Shown one piece after another: positions 9,151 to 18,908 of a stretch of DNA of 64,000 bases. Below the pieces are notes generated by a model. It was given only the letters and a program-made list of their open reading frames with translations, ran no database searches and had not been told where the DNA came from. Source of the stretch: an uncultured delta proteobacterium (GTDB lineage: Bacteria; Myxococcota_A; Polyangia; Haliangiales; Haliangiaceae); the NCBI GenBank assembly GCA_963848295.1, contig CAWKDB010000010.1:1696001-1760000 (forward strand), in the 5' to 3' direction. How positions within the stretch are numbered: position 1 is the first letter of the stretch; every line of letters begins with the position of its first letter. The translations under genes and the position numbers were made by a program.

Positions 9151-9648
9151 CTAGGTCGCCGGATAGTCGTCGTCGCCTTGGAGCTCGAGGCGGACGATGC
9201 TCGCGCGCTGTTTGTCGAGCACGTCGCGGAGCTGGCGCTGCGCCATCTCCTCGCGCAATCGCGCCGCTCGATCGCGCGCCGCACGCGCGACGGCTGCGAG
9301 TGACACGACGCGCGCGACCGACACCGCGACCTCGGTCGCCGCTTCGATCACCACCATGCGGTCGGCGGGATCGCGAAACGCGCGATCGACGGCGATCATC
9401 AGGCGATCGAACACGAGCTCGGCGTCGGTCACCACGACCTCTTCGGTGTCGCCCCACGCGAGTCGGCGAGCGACCGCGTCGTGCAACGTCAGATCGAGGC
9501 CGGATGCCGAATCGCCGCCGATCGACAGCGCGCGTAACAAGCCGTCGAACACTTCGGCGCCCGGCGGATCGCGATCGCCACGCTCGACGGTATCGAGCAC
9601 CTCGTCGCGCAACACGCGGATCGCTTCGACGAGATCGACGTCCGACAT
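9151..9648 (-). CDS. Small all-helical protein (possible RsbRD_N/globin-like) with C-terminal coiled coil
   Basis: Coupled to the upstream phosphatase stop (TGATG). Typical codon usage and an amphipathic helical pattern. Confidence 0.6.
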   Translation of the reverse strand: MSDVDLVEAIRVLRDEVLDTVERGDRDPPGAEVFDGLLRALSIGGDSASGLDLTLHDAVARRLAWGDTEEVVVTDAELVFDRLMIAVDRAFRDPADRMVVIEAATEVAVSVARVVSLAAVARAARDRAARLREEMAQRQLRDVLDKQRASIVRLELQGDDDYPAT

Positions 9649-11531
9649 CACCACTCCGTGTTGCCGCGTTGATCCCACGGCAGGCTCGGGTCTACGGTCG
9701 TCGCGAACTTGCGCTCGAGGTCGGCGCGCTTGCGCTCGGCGCGCTCGACTTGTTCGCGCAGTTGCTGGGTCTCGGCCTGGACCTCGCGCAGGCGGTCGGA
9801 GAACGGGGCGACCGCTTCCAGCACGAGCCCGGTGACCGCGCCGACGAGCCGTTGGTGCGCATTCGACAGCTCGCGCAACACCTTCGCGCGCATCGCGTCG
9901 GTCGACGAAGCTTGATGGACGCTCGATGCGGTGATGATCCGTACCTGATCGAGCGCATCGAACAGCGGCATGATGCCTTGATCGTCGACCGAACGAACCC
10001 CGTAGAGCTCGCGTGCCGCGACGACGGCGGCGGCAAAGCTGCCGGTGCGATCCGTGGAGATCACTTCGAGCGCCGACAAGATCTGGCGCGCGAGGTCGGC
10101 GCGAGGAGCGATGCGCTTGCGCGCGATCTCGAGCGTCTTGGCGATCTGCTGGATGAGCTCGTCGCTGAGCTGCGACGCGGTGACGCGGCGATCGGGGCGC
10201 AGGAATGGCACGGTCGGCTGATCGAGGAACCGCGCGCCGGTCGTATCCTCGGGGCCCGCCTCGACGATCGTTTCCTGGATCGCGCCGTGGATCGCGATGA
10301 GATCGGCGTCGACCTGACGGAGCCGATCAGCGAGGAGCCCGCCGATCGCGAGCTCGGCGACGACGAGCGCGCGACCGACCGCGACGTCGAGCAGAAACCC
10401 GAGCGCGGGATCGGTCGTTCGGACCTCCGCGATCACCGCGCGCGCGCAATCACCGAGCACGTCGACGAGCTCGCGCAGCGGCCCCCACGCGCCGTCCTTC
10501 CCGCTCGCAGCTCCTGGCTGAGCTTCGAGCGCGAAGCGCTCGAACCACGCGCTCGCGAGGTTCTGCGCGAACGTCCAGACGTTGACGCCAGTCGACTTCT
10601 CGAGATCGTGGAAGATCGCTTCGCACAGCGAGCGCGCCACTAGATCGATGGCCTCGTCGGGCTCGAGCCCGCGACAGATCGGGTTGGCGGCGAGTCCGCG
10701 CTCCTTCGCGACTTGCAGGAACCGTTGCCGGCGTTGCCACCAGCCGATCGCACCCGTCGTGCGCACGACCTGGGTCGAGCTCGGTGGCGCCGCCGGTGCT
10801 TCGATCACGATCGCCGACACGTTGTCGCCGCCGCCGCCGCGCAGCGCGAGATCGATCAAGTCACGGACGACATGCTCGGGCGCATCGCCGGAGCCGAGCT
10901 GATACTGGATCGCCTCGGCCGATGCGTACCCGTACAGCCCGTCCGAGCACAGCATCAGGCGATCGCCCGGGCGAAGCTCGACGTCGACCAAGTCGACGCG
11001 CGCGTCCGGTTTCGCGCCGAGGTTGCGCGACAACACGTTCTTGTACGGATGGCGCTCGGCCTCTTCGGCCGGCAGCAAGCCGCGATCGACGAGCTCCTCG
11101 ACGATCGTGTGATCCCGAGTCAGCACCTGGATCCGGTTGTTGCGCCACAGGTACGCGCGGCTGTCGCCGACGTGCGCGACGACCGCGTGCTTCGCATCGA
11201 CCACCAGACACGCGACGACGGTCGTGCCCATGCCGTGGCGCTCGCGATGGCCTTGTGCCGCCGCAAAGATCGCCGCCGACGCCATGTTGATCGCCTCGTC
11301 GAGCAATTGCCGCGGCGGGACTTGCCCCCAACGCTGCGAGATGAACTCGCGGATCGCGTCGCGCGCGGTTTGCGACGCGACATCGCCGGCGCTCGCGCCG
11401 CCCATGCCGTCGAGCACGACGTACAGGCCGCGCCCGGGCTCGACGATCATCGAGTCTTCGTTCGTCGTCCGGACCTTACCGATGTGGGTATCGCCGGCGA
11501 TCCGCATCCCGAGCTCGGCGGCGGTCGTCAC
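9648..11531 (-). CDS. PP2C-family Ser/Thr protein phosphatase with long helical C-terminal extension
   Basis: Intact motifs NEDS, DGMGG, GMGTT, HVGDSRAY, DHT, CSDGL and GGDNVS. About 370 extra helical residues ending in a coiled coil. GTGA coupling. Confidence 0.9.
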   Translation of the reverse strand: MTTAAELGMRIAGDTHIGKVRTTNEDSMIVEPGRGLYVVLDGMGGASAGDVASQTARDAIREFISQRWGQVPPRQLLDEAINMASAAIFAAAQGHRERHGMGTTVVACLVVDAKHAVVAHVGDSRAYLWRNNRIQVLTRDHTIVEELVDRGLLPAEEAERHPYKNVLSRNLGAKPDARVDLVDVELRPGDRLMLCSDGLYGYASAEAIQYQLGSGDAPEHVVRDLIDLALRGGGGDNVSAIVIEAPAAPPSSTQVVRTTGAIGWWQRRQRFLQVAKERGLAANPICRGLEPDEAIDLVARSLCEAIFHDLEKSTGVNVWTFAQNLASAWFERFALEAQPGAASGKDGAWGPLRELVDVLGDCARAVIAEVRTTDPALGFLLDVAVGRALVVAELAIGGLLADRLRQVDADLIAIHGAIQETIVEAGPEDTTGARFLDQPTVPFLRPDRRVTASQLSDELIQQIAKTLEIARKRIAPRADLARQILSALEVISTDRTGSFAAAVVAARELYGVRSVDDQGIMPLFDALDQVRIITASSVHQASSTDAMRAKVLRELSNAHQRLVGAVTGLVLEAVAPFSDRLREVQAETQQLREQVERAERKRADLERKFATTVDPSLPWDQRGNTEW

Positions 11532-12001
11532 GAGCGGGGCCCGCCTTTGCGCTCGCGGTGCGCGAGCTCGTGCCACTGCGCAGTGCGGCGCGCGAGCTCG
11601 TCCGCGATCAGGTCGTTGACCGCTCGAGCGGTGCTCGCGGTGACGCGCGTCAGCAGGAGCGTGAGCTCGGCGCCTTCCGAGGTCCCGGCGCCGGACTCCT
11701 GTGCGACTTGTGCGGCCGTGTCGCCGATCGCGACGAGCATCGCGAGGACCGCCGCCGCGCCCTGAGCTTCGGCCGCGCGCATCGCCATGAACGTGTGCAG
11801 GAACGCGCGATGCATTCCGAGATCGCCGGTCGCGATGTAGTTGCCGAGGTGATCGAGCACCGCGCCGATCTGCGCCTTTGCAGTGGCATCGTCGACGCGC
11901 CCGAGCGACGGATCGAGGCTCGCTCGCATCTGGAGCAAGCGCTCCAAGATTTTCGGACGGAGGCCTTCGTAGGCCCTTGCCAGCGGCGGCGCCGTCGCCA
12001 T
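11528..12001 (-). CDS. Small all-helical protein (possible non-haem globin/RsbRD_N-like)
   Basis: First gene of a three-gene coupled operon. TAGCAT -10-like hexamer 7 nt before the ATG. Confidence 0.6.
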   Translation of the reverse strand: MATAPPLARAYEGLRPKILERLLQMRASLDPSLGRVDDATAKAQIGAVLDHLGNYIATGDLGMHRAFLHTFMAMRAAEAQGAAAVLAMLVAIGDTAAQVAQESGAGTSEGAELTLLLTRVTASTARAVNDLIADELARRTAQWHELAHRERKGGPRS

Positions 12002-12047
12002 TGTTGCGATGCTACACCGCGCGGCATCGGGGTGGTACGCTCCGTCC

Positions 12048-12815
12048 GTGAAAGGTGGGCGGATCCTCGTCGTCGATGACGAGCCGATGGTGAGAACCAC
12101 GTTGGGCCAGGTGCTCGCCGACGAAGGCTACGTCGTCGACATCGCCGTCGATGGGGTCGACGCGCTCGATCGCGTTCACGCTGCCCGGCCCGACGCGATT
12201 CTCCTGGATTTGCTGATGCCGGGCATGAACGGCCGGCAGTTCCTGCAAGCGCTGCGCGGCGAGTCCGAGTATGCCGAGGTCCCGGTGCTGATCATGACCG
12301 CGGTCCACGGCCTCAACGTGAATCTGTCGACGATCGGCGCGAGCGAGCTCGTCGAGAAGCCGTTCAACGTCGACGACCTACTCAACAAAGTGGCGCTCGC
12401 GGTCTACCGCTCGCGCGACGCCGGCGAGCCGACGACCGCGCCGATCGCCGTCGTCGTCGACCCGGCACCGGAGCCGATCGATCGCGGCGTCGTGCTCGTC
12501 GTCGAGCAAGATCGCGCACGGTTACAGCAGCTCGATCTCGTGCTGAGCAAGCACGGCTACACCGTGGTGTCGATGACGCGTGCGCTCGTCCAGCTCTCGA
12601 GACTCGCTCGCGCCTTGCGGCCGCGTGCGATCCTGCTCGATGTCTCGAGCGAGGGGGTCGGCGATGTGCTGCGCGAGCTGCGCGCCGAGAAGGAGGTCGC
12701 GCAGGTCGGTATCCTCGTGTTCGCGCGCGACGCCGCGAGTGGCTCGGCCGCGCCCGGTCTGCTCGAACGTGCCGCCGACGCCGACTTGCTCAGCTTCGTC
12801 GAGCGCCAGAACTGA
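12048..12815 (+). CDS. Response regulator with two receiver domains and no output domain
   Basis: REC1 is canonical (ILVVDDE, ILLDLLMPGMNG, IMTA, EKPF). REC2 is degenerate (VLVVEQD, ILLDVS). Confidence 0.85.
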   Translation: MKGGRILVVDDEPMVRTTLGQVLADEGYVVDIAVDGVDALDRVHAARPDAILLDLLMPGMNGRQFLQALRGESEYAEVPVLIMTAVHGLNVNLSTIGASELVEKPFNVDDLLNKVALAVYRSRDAGEPTTAPIAVVVDPAPEPIDRGVVLVVEQDRARLQQLDLVLSKHGYTVVSMTRALVQLSRLARALRPRAILLDVSSEGVGDVLRELRAEKEVAQVGILVFARDAASGSAAPGLLERAADADLLSFVERQN

Positions 12816-13601
12816 TCAGTCGACGAGCGTGCCGTCGCGGCGCAGCTTGCGCCACGGGCCGCGATGGAGCTCGACCTCGGCGGTCCCCTGCACGAACGGC
12901 CGCACGGTCGAGAACCTCTTGGCCATCGGCAGGACCCAGCGGCCGGCATCGTCGATCGCGCCGTACGAGTACGGCGTGCCCTCTTGCTCTTCGACCCAGT
13001 GCACATCGCGATCGCCGCCCGTGCCGAGCGCGTAGTTGAGGACGCGATGCGGATCGTCGTCGCCCTCGTCGCGCATCACCGCGATGCGCTCGTCGGTCAA
13101 CCCTGCGACGAATCCGGCGATCCGCTCGATCTCACCGTCGAGCCACTCCGTGAACGTGCCGATCGGCTCGATCACGCCGCCTTCGACCAGCCACACGATC
13201 GATTCGCCGTCATCGTCGGGTCCTAATGCCCAGCCGACGATGTCGGACAGCTCGGTACCGGCGAAGAACGCGACCTTGCACTCGGTCGGCTTGCCTTCGA
13301 CCGCGGCGGGCATCTCGCCATCGAGATCGGCGACATCGGCGCTGATCCGCGCGATGTGCTCGGGCGGCAAGAACGACAGCCCGTCGCCGCAGTAGTAGCG
13401 AAACCCGAGGATCGGATAGCCGATCGCCGCCACGAGCTCGCGATAGTCGTCGGGCACGAGGTGCTCCCAGCGACTGCCGTGCGGGTGACGAGCGCGACGC
13501 GCGACGCGCAGATCAGCGGGCGCACGACTGATCGCCCAATCGATCCCGCGAGCGCGAATCCGTTGTTCGAGGGCGAGCCAGCGTTCGGCAAGCGTCGACA
13601 T
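12816..13601 (-). CDS. SMI1/KNR4 (SUKH)-like protein with C-terminal WG-repeat-like unit
   Basis: LVPDDYRELVAAIG and GTFTEWL resemble SUKH motifs. YGAIDDAGRWVLP...FVQGTAEV resembles a WG repeat. Confidence 0.5.
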   Translation of the reverse strand: MSTLAERWLALEQRIRARGIDWAISRAPADLRVARRARHPHGSRWEHLVPDDYRELVAAIGYPILGFRYYCGDGLSFLPPEHIARISADVADLDGEMPAAVEGKPTECKVAFFAGTELSDIVGWALGPDDDGESIVWLVEGGVIEPIGTFTEWLDGEIERIAGFVAGLTDERIAVMRDEGDDDPHRVLNYALGTGGDRDVHWVEEQEGTPYSYGAIDDAGRWVLPMAKRFSTVRPFVQGTAEVELHRGPWRKLRRDGTLVD

Positions 13602-13605
13602 CGGC

Positions 13606-15423
13606 TCAGTCTCCCATAGCCGCGCCGCCGCCGCGCGGGTCTGCGGTGCCGCTCCAGCCCTGCGGCGTTCGCGCGATCGCGGTCACCGCGCCGAACTCCC
13701 GCGGGGTCGCGCTCCAGGATAGCTTGTAGCCTGCGGCGATCAGTGCCTTCGCATCGGCTTCGCTGACCGATTCCGCCTCGAGCCGGACCTCGTCGGGCAG
13801 ATGTTGGTGATGCAGCCGCGGCGCGGCGACCGCGCGATCGAGCGGCATGCCGAAATCGAGCACGTTCGAGATCGTCTGCCACACCGCCGTGATGATCCGA
13901 GGCCCACCGCCCGCGCCGGCGAGCAGCACGACCGCGCCTTTCGGGTCGAGCACGATCGTCGGCGCCATCGACGACAGCATCCGCTTGCCCGGCTCGATGC
14001 GATTCGCCCTGCCCTGGACGAGGCCGAACACGTTCGGCGTGCCGGGCTTGCTCGCGAAATCGTCCATCTCGTTGTTCAACAGAAAGCCCGAGACCGTGAC
14101 GCCGTTGCCGAATGCGGTGTTGATCGTCGTTGTCAGCGCGACCGCCATCCCTGCGGCATCGACCACGCACAGGTTCGTCGTGTGATCGCCCTCGATCAGC
14201 GGCGCGACCGGTAGCGATGGCGTTGCCCTCGGCCCGATCGTCGCAGCTAGCTTCGCCGCGTACTCCTTCGACAGCATCTTCGCGACCGGCATGTCCTTCA
14301 CGTACGCCGGATCGCCGAGCAACTCGTTGCGAGCCGCGAACGCGCGGCGCCAGACCTCGACCAGCCGGTGCACGTGCTCGAACGAGTGCCAGCGCAGCTT
14401 GGTGATGTCGCCCAACATCTCGGCGGTCATCGCGATCACGACGCCTCCCGACGACGGCGGCGGCATCGCGACGAACGTCGCGTGCGGGTCGGGGTAGCGG
14501 ATCGGTTCGCGCCAGATAGCCTTGTAACCGGCGAGGTCCTTCGCGGTGATCAGGCCCTTGCCCGCGGTCATCTCGGCGACGATCGCCTCGGCGGTCGGAC
14601 CTTGATAGAAACCGTCGGCACCGTGCTGCGCGATCCGCTGAAGGACCGCGGCGAGCTCGGGGTTCTTGACGACCTCGCCGGTCGCGCGCGGTTTGCCACC
14701 CGGCATCCACAGCGCGGCGCTCGCCGGGTTCGCGCCGAGCAACTTCGACAGCCGCACGATCGAGCCGTGGAGCCTTTCGTCGACGGCGAAGCCATCGGTC
14801 GCGTAGGCGATCGCCGGTGCGATCACCTCGCGCCACGGCCGCTTGCCGAGCTTCTGGTGGAGCTCCCACAGGCCCGCGACCGAGCCCGGGACCCCGGACG
14901 CGCGATCGCCGATCAACGAGCCCCTCGTCGGGTTGCCGGAGGCATCGAGGAACATCGTTTCGGTCGCGGCCGCGGGCGCGGTCTCGCGAAAATCGAGCGC
15001 GCGATCGTCGCCCGGCTTGACGTGAATGACCGCGAACCCTCCGCCCGCGAGGTTGCCCGCGCTCGGATGCACGACCGCGAGCGCGAACGCAGTCGCGACC
15101 GCCGCATCGACCGCGTTGCCCCCGCCCGCGAGGATGTCGCGCCCTGCCCGCGTCGCCAGCTCGTTCTCCGACGCGACCATGAACGTCTTGCCGACGCCCG
15201 TGACTCTGGGATCGAGATTCCATCCGCTGTCATCCGTGCGGTACTTCGGCGGCGCGTCCTTGGGAAACTTGGTCGAGATAGCGCTCAAGCCTGAGACTGC
15301 GCTCGTGCCCGAGCCTGAAGCTTTGCTGACCGCGGCCGAACCTTTGCCAGCCGGTTCCGCCGCCCGGTGCGACTTCCCGCACGCCGCCGCGATCAAGACA
15401 CCGAGCGCGATCGATCGAAGCAT
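13606..15423 (-). CDS. ggt: Gamma-glutamyltransferase (lipoprotein)
   Basis: GGNAVDAAVA, LDFRETAP, PPPSSGG, catalytic HTTN, LNNEMDDF, PGKRMLSSMAP, PRLHHQ, ADPR. Lipobox AAAC. Confidence 0.95.
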   Translation of the reverse strand: MLRSIALGVLIAAACGKSHRAAEPAGKGSAAVSKASGSGTSAVSGLSAISTKFPKDAPPKYRTDDSGWNLDPRVTGVGKTFMVASENELATRAGRDILAGGGNAVDAAVATAFALAVVHPSAGNLAGGGFAVIHVKPGDDRALDFRETAPAAATETMFLDASGNPTRGSLIGDRASGVPGSVAGLWELHQKLGKRPWREVIAPAIAYATDGFAVDERLHGSIVRLSKLLGANPASAALWMPGGKPRATGEVVKNPELAAVLQRIAQHGADGFYQGPTAEAIVAEMTAGKGLITAKDLAGYKAIWREPIRYPDPHATFVAMPPPSSGGVVIAMTAEMLGDITKLRWHSFEHVHRLVEVWRRAFAARNELLGDPAYVKDMPVAKMLSKEYAAKLAATIGPRATPSLPVAPLIEGDHTTNLCVVDAAGMAVALTTTINTAFGNGVTVSGFLLNNEMDDFASKPGTPNVFGLVQGRANRIEPGKRMLSSMAPTIVLDPKGAVVLLAGAGGGPRIITAVWQTISNVLDFGMPLDRAVAAPRLHHQHLPDEVRLEAESVSEADAKALIAAGYKLSWSATPREFGAVTAIARTPQGWSGTADPRGGGAAMGD

Positions 15424-15545
15424 GGCGCATCCTACGACACCGATGTCCCGATCGGCGGGCGTGGCGGCGAAGTCGTGATCGCGGCGGAGCGCGCGCGCGC
15501 CTCTGCAAGTCATCCGTCGCCCTCGACAAAACCGTGATTCGCGAG

Positions 15546-15562
15546 TTGGCACCGCGGTTGCT
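15546..15562 (+). promoter_or_regulatory. Sigma54 (-24/-12) promoter
   Basis: TTGGCACCGCGGTTGCT is a near-consensus YTGGCAC-N5-TTGCW site ending 12 nt before ATG 15575. Confidence 0.7.
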
Positions 15563-15574
15563 GAACAGCCGCGT

Positions 15575-17206
15575 ATGCGTCCACGCTCGATCGCTCTCGT
15601 CCTGTTCGTCACGGCCTGCAGCTCGTCTTCGGAGAGTGGCGGCGGCAATGTCAGCTTCGGCGGCGCCCAAGACATCGGCCAGTTCCAGAGCATTCTCGAC
15701 AGCGGCGGCATCCCCGGGCCCGACACCCTCGACGCGAACGGCTTCTTCAACACGCACTACACCGCACCGCCGCCGGCGGACTGCGGCGAGGTGCTGTGCC
15801 TGGTGCCCGGACTGTCGGTCGGTCACGACTGGCTGACCGGAGCGAAGCAAGCGACGTTGCAGCTCGCGGTCGACACCCCGATCGATCCGTCGACCTACAC
15901 GCGACCGCCGCTCGATCTCGTCGTCGTCATCGATCACTCCGGTTCGATGGCGTCGGACGGCCGACTCGACAAGGTCAAGGCCGGGCTCGATACGCTGGTC
16001 GACAACTTGATCGACGGCGATCGGCTCGCGATCGTGAAGTTCGACGATCAGGTCGAGGTCGTCACGCCGTTCACCGACATGCTCGATCGCGATGCGCTCC
16101 ACGCCGAGGTCGCCGCGCTCGAGCCCGGCGGCGGCACCGACATCTACGACGGCCTGGCGCAGGGCTTCGCGATCGCGCAAGCCTCGGCCGAGGCGACCGA
16201 CACCGCGACTCGCCAACACCGCGTGATCTTCATGTCCGACGGCAACGCGACGTCGGGCGACACGAGCACCGACGACATCTTGCAGATGTCGGACTACGAC
16301 ATCGAGCTCGGCATCCAGCTCACGACGGTCGGCGTCGGGACCGACTTCGACGTCGACTTGATGAAGCGGCTCGCCGAGCACGGCGCCGGCAACTTCTATT
16401 ACCTCGAGAGCACCGACGACGCGACCAACGTGTTCACCGACGAGCTCGCGTACTTCGTCGTGCCGCTCGCAGACAACATCGACATCCGGACCACGGCCGG
16501 CGACGGCTTCGGGCTCGGCGCGGTCACCGGCGCGCCCGCGTGGACCGGCAGCACTCAGGTCGGCGAGATCGCGATCCCGGCGGCGTTCCTGGCGCGCCGC
16601 ACGACCGACTCCGACCCGAACGGCGATCGCCGCGGCGGCGGTAGCATGATCTTCGTCGACGTCACGCCGACCGGCGACAACGCGAGCGGTGTCGTCGCGT
16701 ACACCGCGATGCAGTTCAATGCGCAGGGCGACCTCGACGACAAGATCAGCGAGACCGGCGAGCTCGCATATCCGACGACGAACGACGACCCGTACTTGTC
16801 GTCGTCGGACATGGCGCCCCGGTTCGCGATGTACAACATCTTTCTCGGGCTGCAGGCCGCGACCAACATGGACAGCCCGGACTGCGCCACTGCCGCGTTG
16901 CTCGCGACCCAGACGAACGCGCAGAGCTGGAATGCCACGCACGAAGATCCCGACGTCGCTGCCGACCTCGAGTTGATCTCGGAGTACCTCGGCAACCTCC
17001 AGGCGGCCGGCGCGACCGCGACGACATCGGAGAACCTGGCCGACTGCATCGCGAACAACCCGGAGACAACGGGCAACGGCAGCGGCAGCGACACCTACTA
17101 CGGTGGTGGCTACGATGGCGCGTGCTCGGCCGGGCGCAACGGCGCGGGCACCGGCCTCGTCATCGTGATCGCCGGCTTGCTCGTATCGCGCCGCCGTCGC
17201 CGGTGA
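15575..17206 (+). CDS. VWA-domain lipoprotein with MYXO-CTERM-like tail
   Basis: Lipobox VTAC. MIDAS motif DHSGSM, GGTD and SDG. C-terminus GACSAG-hydrophobic-RRRRR. Confidence 0.85.
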   Translation: MRPRSIALVLFVTACSSSSESGGGNVSFGGAQDIGQFQSILDSGGIPGPDTLDANGFFNTHYTAPPPADCGEVLCLVPGLSVGHDWLTGAKQATLQLAVDTPIDPSTYTRPPLDLVVVIDHSGSMASDGRLDKVKAGLDTLVDNLIDGDRLAIVKFDDQVEVVTPFTDMLDRDALHAEVAALEPGGGTDIYDGLAQGFAIAQASAEATDTATRQHRVIFMSDGNATSGDTSTDDILQMSDYDIELGIQLTTVGVGTDFDVDLMKRLAEHGAGNFYYLESTDDATNVFTDELAYFVVPLADNIDIRTTAGDGFGLGAVTGAPAWTGSTQVGEIAIPAAFLARRTTDSDPNGDRRGGGSMIFVDVTPTGDNASGVVAYTAMQFNAQGDLDDKISETGELAYPTTNDDPYLSSSDMAPRFAMYNIFLGLQAATNMDSPDCATAALLATQTNAQSWNATHEDPDVAADLELISEYLGNLQAAGATATTSENLADCIANNPETTGNGSGSDTYYGGGYDGACSAGRNGAGTGLVIVIAGLLVSRRRRR

Positions 17207-17221
17207 TGCTATATCAACGGG

Positions 17222-18541
17222 ATGTTCGATCCCGCCGTGTTCGCGGCGCGCCGCGACGCGTTCATGCAGGCGATCGGCCCAGCGGCGGTCGCGGTCGTGC
17301 GTTCGCTGCCGGAGCGATTGCGCAACGGAGATGCCTACTACCCGTTTCGCCAGCAGTCCGACGTGTTCTACCTGACGGGCTTCGTCGAGCCCGAGACCAC
17401 GCTCGTGTTGCGCCCTGGCGCCGAGACCGAGCGGTTCGTGATGTTCGTGCGACCGCGCGATCCGGAGATGGAGACGTGGGATGGCCGGCGCGCTGGCCTG
17501 GAAGGCGCGAAGGCGGAGTTCGGCGCCGACGAGGCCTATCCCGCGGTCGAGCTCGCCGGCCGCCTCGGCGACCTCGTGGCGAACTGCGACGAGCTGCACT
17601 ACGGGCTCGGGTTCGACGAAGACGCCGATCGCATGATCGCGCGGACGATCGCGGCGCTGCGCAAGACCGAGAAGCGCGGCAAGCGCCCACCCCGCGCCGT
17701 CATCGATCCTCGCGTCGCCTTGCACGAGCTGCGGCTGCGCAAACATCCCGACGAGCTCCGCGCGCTGCGCAAGGCCGCCGAGATCACTGCCGACGCGCAT
17801 CTCGCCGCGATGCGCTCGGGCAAACCCGGCGTGTTCGAGCACGAGCTCGAGGCGCTGATCAACTACACGTTCCGCAAGTCCGGTGGCGCCGGCCCGGGCT
17901 ACACGTCGATCGTCGGCGCCGGCGACAACGCGACGATCCTGCACTACGTCGAGAATCGTTGCGCGATCGCGACCGGCGACCTCGTGCTCGTCGATGCCGG
18001 CTGCGAGTACGAGCATTACACCGCCGATGTCACGCGTACGTGGCCGGCGACCGGCACGTTCTCCCCGGCGCAACGCAAGGTCTACGAGCTCGTGCTCGGG
18101 GTTCAGATGTCGGCGATCGAGATGGTGAAGCCCGGCGTGACGATCGATGACATCCACGCGTACTGCGTCCGCGAGCTGACCGCCGGCATGATCGAGCTCG
18201 GCCTGCTGACCGGCAGCGTCGACGATCGCGTCGCCGATCAGTCGTATCGCCGCTACTACATGCACGGCACGTCGCACTGGCTCGGCCTCGATGTCCACGA
18301 CGCCGGCGCCTACATGAAATCCGGCAAGGCTCGCCCGCTCGAGCCCGGGATGGTCATCACGATCGAGCCCGGGCTCTACGTCGCGAACGACGCGCCCGAG
18401 ACTCACGGCGCTCCCGCCGAGCTGCGCGGCATCGGCGTACGGATCGAGGACGATGTCGTCGTGACCGAGACCGGCCACGACGTGTTGACCCGCGCGTGCC
18501 CGAAGTCAATCGCGGACATCGAGGCAGCGTGCCGAAGCTAA
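17222..18541 (+). CDS. pepP: Xaa-Pro aminopeptidase (M24B)
   Basis: FRQQSDVFYLTGF, TILHY, LVDAGCE, TADVTRT, HGTSHWLGLDVHD, TIEPGLY, GVRIEDD. Confidence 0.95.
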   Translation: MFDPAVFAARRDAFMQAIGPAAVAVVRSLPERLRNGDAYYPFRQQSDVFYLTGFVEPETTLVLRPGAETERFVMFVRPRDPEMETWDGRRAGLEGAKAEFGADEAYPAVELAGRLGDLVANCDELHYGLGFDEDADRMIARTIAALRKTEKRGKRPPRAVIDPRVALHELRLRKHPDELRALRKAAEITADAHLAAMRSGKPGVFEHELEALINYTFRKSGGAGPGYTSIVGAGDNATILHYVENRCAIATGDLVLVDAGCEYEHYTADVTRTWPATGTFSPAQRKVYELVLGVQMSAIEMVKPGVTIDDIHAYCVRELTAGMIELGLLTGSVDDRVADQSYRRYYMHGTSHWLGLDVHDAGAYMKSGKARPLEPGMVITIEPGLYVANDAPETHGAPAELRGIGVRIEDDVVVTETGHDVLTRACPKSIADIEAACRS

Positions 18542-18849
18542 GCGGCAAACAGCGGCGATACCTGCGAGCACTCGCGCACGAGCTGCATCCGCTCGTCCAC
18601 ATCGGCAAGAGCGGGATCGACGACGGGCTCGTCGCCGCGGTCGATCGCGCGCTGCTCGACCACGAGCTGATCAAGGTCAAGCTCGGCGACGCCGCCGGGC
18701 TCGACCGTCACGATGCCGCCGACTCGCTCGCGGTCCGCACGCACAGTGACGTCGCGCAGGTGCTCGGCAACATCGTCATTCTGTACCGACCTCACCCCGA
18801 TGAAGCGAAGATCAAGCTGCCGGGACCAGGGATCTCTCCCGAGGATTGA
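18529..18849 (+). CDS. yhbY: CRM-domain RNA-binding / ribosome assembly protein YhbY
   Basis: LSGKQRRYLRALAH, IGKSG, HELIKVK, QVLGNIVILYR. Confidence 0.92.
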   Translation: MPKLSGKQRRYLRALAHELHPLVHIGKSGIDDGLVAAVDRALLDHELIKVKLGDAAGLDRHDAADSLAVRTHSDVAQVLGNIVILYRPHPDEAKIKLPGPGISPED

Positions 18850-18854
18850 CCGCC

Positions 18855-18883
18855 GCGTCGCCTGGCCGTCACGCCGCCGTCAT
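18855..18883 (+). promoter_or_regulatory. Putative PHO box
   Basis: 11-bp-period direct repeats GCGTCGC / CCGTCAC / CCGTCAT upstream of the porin gene. Confidence 0.6.
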
Positions 18884-18908
18884 TTGACGCGGCAAATGTC
18901 CGTGGCGC

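Noticed and set aside
15230..18478. 1082-aa minus-strand ORF, and similar long ORFs such as 42181-44973, 8553-10643 and 32804-34828
   Set aside because: These are antisense or off-frame shadows of well-supported genes. They are Arg/Ala-rich, have no motifs, and are expected in high-GC DNA.
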